Below are positions 55,992 to 64,000 of a DNA stretch of 64,000 nucleotides, in pieces. Below the pieces are notes generated by a model. That model saw only the letters and a list, made by a program, of their open reading frames with translations. It was not told where the DNA came from and ran no database searches. The number at the start of each line of letters is the position of its first letter. The stretch's first letter is position 1. The position numbers and the translations under genes are program-made. The stretch is from assembly GCF_009914755.1 (NCBI RefSeq), contig NC_060925.1; one strand, written 5' to 3'. This DNA comes from the human T2T-CHM13v2.0 reference genome, Homo sapiens.

Positions 55992-58174
55992 TGTTATGGT
56001 CTGAATGTTTGTGTCCCCTCAAAATTCTCATTGAAATTTAATACCGAAGGTGATGATATTGGGAAGAGGGGTCTTTGGGGGGTGATTAGGTCACGCAGAT
56101 GGTGCCCTGTGAATGGGATTAGTGCCTTATAAGAAGAGGTAAGAGAGCTAGCCTGCCCTCTTTACTCCGTAAGAGGATACGAGAAAAAGTTGGCAGTCTG
56201 CAACAAGGGAAAAAAAACCTTCATCAGACACAGGATCTGCCAGTCCTCGATCTTGGACTGCGCAGCCTCCAGAACTATGAGAAGTAGATGTTTGTTGTAT
56301 GAGCTTCTCAGTCTATGGTAATTTGTTAGTGATGTCCATGCTAACTAAGACAGAAATTGGTACTGAGAAGTAGAGTGCTCCTTTAACAAATACCTAAAAA
56401 TGTCAAAGCAGCTTTGGAATTAGAAGTTTCAAAGTGCATGCTAGAAGAAGCTGAGATTGTCATGATGGGATGTTTAAAGTCAATTCTGGTGAAGGCTCAA
56501 AATAGTAAGAGAAGAGCTCTAGAGGAAGCTTTTATATTCTTAGATAATATATAAGTAATCATGGACAGAATGTTGGTAGAAATAAGAATGATAAAGGCCA
56601 TTTTGATGAGGTTTCAGATAGAAATGAGGAGCACATTATCAGACAATGGCCAAAAGGTGATCCTTATTATAAAATGGCAAAGAATTTGGTTGAGTTGTGT
56701 TCATGTTCTAGTGTTTTGTGGAAGGTAGAATTTGTGAGTGGTAAAATGGATATTTAGCTGAAGAGGCATCTAAGTAAAGTGTTGAAGAAGTGGCTTGGTT
56801 CCTCCTAACTGCTAACAGTGAAATGTGAGAAGAGAGAATGACTTAAAGATGGAATTTTTAAGCAAAAGGAACTGGAACATAATTATCTGAAAAATTCTCA
56901 ACCTATCTGTATTGCAAAAAAAATATGAAAAGCACGTTTGGAAGAGGACACTCAGGGTGTGTGGCCAAGAAACCATTCAATAAGGAGATTAGGTGTGAAC
57001 CATGAATTTACTCAGCTCCCCACAGATAAACTGACAGTTTAACTTGAAGGGGAAGGAGAGGGAAGGAATGAAGGAAGGATGTCAGAAGTCTTGGATTTTG
57101 CAGGACAGTACCTTAGAGCTATTTGGCTGCAAATGTGCACTATTCTCCAAGACAAGGGAAGAATGACCATGAAAGCGATTCACAGATCATCAGGGCTGCC
57201 TCCTTAGTTTTGAAATGAGGAGCTGTCGCCTTGTTTTCAACAGGTCAGATGATCCTCACTCAAAGCTGTGCAGGCTTGACTCCAACCTAGCAAGACCTTT
57301 GGGGGCAGGACCCCTGCCTGTCAGAGCCACAGGATAGGGACTGCAGCCTCAGTGGGTGTGGAAGGTGAGACTGCCACACAGCGGGTCCCAAAGGCAGGAC
57401 CGTTTCTCCAGCAGGCCTGGAGGGCAGAGTGCAGAGCTAGGAGACTTAGGAACCCATGGAGTTTGCCTTGCTAGATTTGGGCTTATTTGGGACCCGTCAC
57501 ACCTTCCTTCTTCCCTATTTTTATCTTTTGGAATAGGAATATCTACCCTATGCTTGTTCCACCATTGTATTTTGGAAGTACATAACTTGTTTGGTTTTAT
57601 AAGTTCACAGCTGGAGAGGAAATTTGCCTCAGTATGAATTATATGTGGAGTCTTACCCATATCTGATTTAGATAATACTTCAATGAGACTTCAGACTTTA
57701 GATTTTGGAGTTGATGCCAGAATGAGTTAAAAATTGGTGGTGAGGCTGGGGAGCTGTTGGAATGGAATGACCAAGTGTATTTTGCATTTGAGAAGGACAT
57801 AAGTTTTCAGGACCATGAGCAGAATGTGACAGACTAAATTTTTGTGTCCTCCAGAAATTCATATGTTGAAATCTAATCCCCAGTATGGTGGTATTTGGAG
57901 GTGGGACCTTATTAGGTCATGAGTATGGAGCCCTCATTAATGAATGGGATTAGTGCCCTTATAAGAAGAGATCAGAGAGCTAGCTTGCTCTCTCTACTCC
58001 ATGTGAGGATACAAAAATAAGTCATCAGTCTGCGAGCCAGAAAGAGGGTCCTCACCAGAACCCAACCATCCTAAGCTTGAACTTTCAGCCTCTAGAACTG
58101 TGAGAAATAAATTTCTGTTGCTTATAAGCACCCAGTCTATGTTATTTTGTTAAAACAGGAAGGTGACGAAGACA
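55992..58174 (+). mobile_element. Full-structure MaLR retroelement (MLT1A-like LTR-internal-LTR)
   Basis: LTRs 55992-56352 and 57825-58174, both TG...CA; internal region starts gaaattggtactgaga; perfect 5-bp TSD ccttc at 55987-55991 and 58175-58179. Confidence 0.85.
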
Positions 58175-58590
58175 CCTTCCTTTTTTCTCAAACTCTCTCC
58201 TAGCTACTAAACAGATCTCATATAAACACACTAATTATGTCTGTTTTGCGGATCTAGCAGGAAAACACAGCTCCGAATACTAAAGAGCCTTTCTTCTTTA
58301 TTTGTGACTGTCATCTTCTCTGACAGACCAAGCAGCTTTGGAAGATCTGTGTGGGAAAACAAGGTCACCACCTAGCCAGCCAGTCTATCTTCACACTCAC
58401 AGGAGACTTTATTAATTGACAGAGAGATGTCAGTTTCTCTTCCAATTTCTGAAATTTCCTTTTCACTCACTATTCCATTTAATGCATAGGCTTGGCTTTT
58501 ACACATTATACATAATTTCCTTCTAAAATAATTACACAAATACCTCTAAGAATGGTGGGTCTCAATATAGAAGCATGGTCAATAAAGTAG

Positions 58591-58634
58591 ATGACCCTCC
58601 GCTGAAAATGACCCCCCGCTGAAAATGACCCCCC
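58591..58634. repeat. 17-bp tandem repeat, 2.6 copies (atgacc[c/t]ccgctgaaa)
   Basis: Direct reading. Confidence 0.85.
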
Positions 58635-58849
58635 AACTTTACCCCCACCCACAGTAGCCCCCGTAGCTAGGCTTGTATTCTTTTACCCTCCCCTCTAAGT
58701 TTAGCTGATTAGAAGTCTGAAGATGCCCCAATCGATCCTCTTACCTGGGTATTTGAAGTTGAATTTCTTGTTTGGTCACTTAAACTGAGGTCTTATAAAT
58801 TTAGAGCAATCTTATACGTAGAAAAACAGAGAAAGCAGGTTTAAAAGTT

Positions 58850-59580
58850 AGGTTGCAGGTTCTGGCTTCCTCAATAAAATCCCAATATAATACTAGCTCA
58901 AATGAGATCTATGTTTCCCTCTTATATAAGAGTCTGAGGCTAAGCAGTTGGGTCAGGGCTAATAATCACATTAGCTCCATGGAGTTGGGGACCCAGGCTC
59001 CTTTCACCTTGTTGCTCTGCCATTCTCCACCTGTAATTCTATTGCTAGGTTAAAGACAATTACTTCAACTCCTGCCATCTTATTCACACCCAGGCAGCAA
59101 GGAGGGAAAAAGAGGAAAGGAGGCGCCCATTCCTTTCTATTTAAGAGTGTAACCTGGAAGTTGTACATATCATTTCTGCCCATATCACATTGGCTAAAGC
59201 CTAGTAAATGCCTACAATTAACAGCAAGGGAAGCTTGGAAGTGCATCTGTCAGCTGAGTGGCCAAGTGTTCAGCTAAAACTCTCTTTTCAGAGAAAAAGG
59301 GGAACAGTGACATCATAGGTACAACAAGCAGCCTCTGCTCATCTCCACAGATAAAACTGATCTCCAGGAAGTGAGCACGAAGTTGAGGCTCAGAATAAAA
59401 GCAGCTGTGAGAGACTTGGGGCCTCCAAGAGACAAGGAGAGCAACACTGGTTCCTGTTAGCATCCAGTTCTTGGGTTTTATCCCTCATTGAGACGCAGAA
59501 GCTTTCCTTCCCTTGTGTATAATAAATTCCTGGCTTTGCATAAGCCAGCCCAAGTGGCCTTCTGTTCCCTGATACCAAAA
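58850..59580. mobile_element. Old MLT1-type LTR fragments
   Basis: ggggacccaggctcctttcaccttgttgctctgccat, cacattggc.aa.cctag, gcaagggaagcttggaagtg motifs. Confidence 0.55.
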
Positions 59581-60044
59581 CGTCTTGTCTAATACAAACT
59601 CATTATATGCTCCTGGAGGGCAAGGGTCACATTTTACTTTTTTATTCCCGACCCAGGGTTTAGGTAGTACCAATGCTCAGTAAATAAATACTGATTTGAC
59701 TTAATGTATTGCCTCCTTCTGCAGCTGGATGCATTTGCTATCTGTCTCCATCATTTTTTGCCAGTTATAGAATGTAGGCCTCCAAATTCCCTCAAAAAAA
59801 CAGAGAAGGTGGAGTCATGAGGAGATCAAGAAATGTCTTAATTTGAGAACTGAAGAGGAAAATACTAACAGTTTTGGCACAGCTCTTCCCTGAAATCTGT
59901 CAGCACTAAGGGAAGGGCCAGCAGCAATAATACAGCAGCAATCTTCATGGCACTGTCAGGCAAATCAGGAGGGCTACAAGGGCCTGCTTCTCTCCCCTGT
60001 GTGGACAAATGCTTGTGGCTGTGAGTTAAATACCAACGCAATCA

Positions 60045-60775
<731 letters not shown>

Positions 60776-61325
60776 TGAAAGATTTGCTTTTTTAATGGGA
60801 AATCTGCATTCTATCAAAGGGATAAAAAATAATGCTCGACTAGTTCATTTGATACAAAGGCCAGCACAACACTACCCAAATACATGCTTTTGTTGATCAT
60901 CTTTGACAGAAAATAAAGCACGGGGTTTTGAGAGGTTTGCCTAACAAGGGCTTTTAAGCTGCATTCTGTGGTATCATAATAAAAACTGCAGGGTTCATGT
61001 TAAACCAAATAATTTTACATGTCAGCCTGGCATGTAGAAGGTATTCAGTTAGTTCTTGCTGAATAAGTATATTTCAAACTGTTGCTGAAAGAATAGTCTA
61101 GAAACATCTATATGTGATACATTCACATTTGACTCTCAAACCATACAGAATTCGTTAGTGAATACCAAAATTAGCTTCACAGACACTGGGAAGGAAATCA
61201 AGACTATTGGGGAGGGAACGGGGTAGAAAGGGAGGTGTGTGGAGTAGGAGTGGGACCCAGGGAGCTTTTAGTGTACAATGACCGAAAAATTGTAAATTAC
61301 CGCATTGCTGCCTTCTGCTTTATAC

Positions 61326-61921
<596 letters not shown>

Positions 61922-62129
61922 TAACATTTTTATAATTTTAAAGAAGGGTCACTGAAGACACAATGCTGCTTGGAGCGTTTTTATCCCTTATTCATTTAAG
62001 AACACTTTTTCAAATTGTATGTTTCTGAGTCATTTTTTTAAAATGATATGTTTGTTTACCTACATTAAATTAGATGATGCTGTGATACCACTCTTTCCCA
62101 AATAAATGTGTTTCCTTTAGAGATAACTA

Positions 62130-62684
62130 GTTCAGCCCATCCCCGGGTTCAATGAGTCACTAAGAGGACTCATAGGACTCAGCCTACTATCATGTAACAC
62201 TAATGGCTATGATTTATTTCAGCAAAAAGATAACAAGCAGAATCAGCAAAGAGAAAAGGCATCTGGGGTGAAGTCTGGGGAAAACCAGGCACAAGCTTCT
62301 AAGGCTCCTCTGTCAGTAAAATCACAAAGGATAAATTAACCCCCCAGCAGCAAGTTCTGTATGTGAAAACAGGTGTGAAATGTTGCCAACCAAGGGAGCT
62401 CATTAGAGACTCGGTGCCCCACGTTTTTACTGGAGCCTGGTCATGTAGGCAGCCCCAACCTGGCACATATGGAAATACTGGCTTCCCAGAAGAAAGCAGG
62501 TGTTCAGCACAAACCACATTGTTTGCACAAACAGTCTGGCACAATGAACCACTCTTATCAGTTAATGGTGGGAACCCTTGCAAAATCTCAGTTCTCTCCC
62601 ACATACCAGCCAAGGGCCAACCTTGCAAGCCTGCCTTTTCACAGGCAGTAGTTCGGGCCTGTTATGTTAATTATTTTCTGCACA
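62130..62684 (-). mobile_element. LTR, MER21C-like
   Basis: Reverse complement starts tgtgcagaaaataattaacataacaggccc..actactgcc..aaaggcaggcttgcaaggttggcccttggctgg, matching the recalled MER21C consensus. Confidence 0.75.
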
Positions 62685-63095
62685 ATATCATCAACAGAGT
62701 GTCAATAATCATGATAGTGACATTTACAAGTTTGATGGGGTTCTTTTTGCCCCCAAAGCTGATGTCTAGTCCCTTTCTTTATCATGAAATTAACATTTAT
62801 GGAGCCCTTATCACATGCCAGGCACATGGTTTAAATCTTTTAATATTTACAGTAAATGGGTCCTGTTTTTGTCACAGTTGTACAGATGAGAACATTTAGA
62901 TCATATCATTTAGAACATATCATTAGACTTGCCCAAAGTCTCACAACTAATATTTGTAGTGCTGGGATTGGACCAGGAGGGCCTAACTCTGGAATAGGCA
63001 CTGGGGAAGTTCTCAACAGTTTCACCACACACCTTCCCTTTCTTTTCTTTCGTTTCTTTTTTCTTTTTTTAATATGGTCATCAAAAATAATTACA

Positions 63096-63099
<4 letters not shown>

Positions 63100-63139
<40 letters not shown>

Positions 63140-63140
63140 C
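63100..63140. repeat. (CA)n microsatellite, one interruption
   Basis: Direct reading. Confidence 0.9.
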
Positions 63141-63393
63141 CTATATCTCCCCATACTGTATGGACAGAACACAAATACAACCAGGTATATAACCTGGTGC
63201 AGACTGGCCTTCCAATATGTGTTGAGATGAATGAATAATGAAGCACAACATCTGAATGTCTAGCATTTAAGTACCGCATCCTTAAAATATCAACATCATG
63301 TCAACTCCTGAAACTCAGTAGAAGGACCCTAATGAAAGAAAACCTAGACAAGCCTCACCAATAAGTGCTTTAGTTACCTGTCCATTTGGACCT

Positions 63394-63395
63394 GT

Positions 63396-63427
<32 letters not shown>
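63394..63427. repeat. (GTTTT)n repeat
   Basis: Direct reading. Confidence 0.85.
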
Positions 63428-63428
<1 letters not shown>

Positions 63429-64000
63429 TCTTTTGAAGTTGAGAAGATTGAATGTCACATTTGAAATAATGCACATATTCATCACCAACAAGTTTTTTGA
63501 GTCCTTAAAATGTGCAGTGCACAGAATTACTGCCCTTTTTTCAGAGATGTGTCATCAGCAGCTCTGCTGGAACTACCCTAGAAAATTTGGCCACGGTTCT
63601 TGCTCTTGCTGTGTCTGGTCAAACCAGCAGGTTTGATCTGGGACTATAACTTCAATATGTGCCACCTGTGTTTCCATCAGAATGGAAGGGATTATAGCCC
63701 TCATCAAGTTGGACTAAGTGGTCTTCCCTGAATGGATTATCCAAGACAGCGCTCAACGAAAGAAACCACTGCTAGCTCTCTGCACATAAAATAAAATTTT
63801 TTTAAACTTCAAAAAAATTAAAATAAAAGCCAAGAGCCATAAACAATTGAAAGCATCTGATGCCTGCCTGGTGTTCCCGGTTCCTGCTGGAGCTCAGCTT
63901 CAGCCCAGGTGAGACCAGACGCTGTTGTCATACAACAGGCTTAGCCAAACATGTGGATTTGATTTGTCAGAAAGTTAAATTGGGGACTCTAGTGCCTTTT

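Noticed and set aside
62299-62899. 178-aa and 109-aa ORFs
   Set aside because: Lie largely within the MER21C-like LTR; no recognisable protein
63180-63198. Short hairpins (accaggt-atata-acctggt; also 36192-36219)
   Set aside because: 7-8 bp stems are expected by chance in 64 kb

Overview
Human/primate genomic DNA (about 35 Alu copies or fragments), recognisable as the SLC44A3-CNN3 locus (human 1p21). The window holds: (i) the last three coding exons and poly(A) signals of SLC44A3 (choline transporter-like protein 3) on +; (ii) the complete 7-exon CNN3 (acidic calponin) gene on -, convergent with SLC44A3. I assembled its CDS by hand: 57+122+67+138+117+147+342 = 990 nt = 329 aa + TAG, with all introns GT-AG. 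(iii) A CpG-island promoter at about 38.5-40.1 kb with CCAAT boxes in both orientations, consistent with the divergent lncRNA CNN3-DT. (iv) A repeat-rich upstream region with MER50, MER41A and MER21C LTRs, a full LTR-internal-LTR MaLR element with an intact TSD, Tigger2a, MER30 and L1 fragments. No novel protein-coding system is supported. The best leads are regulatory or RNA-level: placenta-associated LTRs and a GCM-motif cluster around a gene linked to trophoblast fusion; an AP-1 + tandem-TEAD module made by a 13-bp duplication; an inverted-Alu-flanked, phase-0, stop-free exon 2-5 block (possible rolling-circle circRNA of the CH domain); a likely alternative non-coding first exon; and a near-abutting inverted Alu pair. 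Repeat family names, gene identities and literature links come from recall, not from database searches. Repeat boundaries are approximate unless TSDs are quoted.
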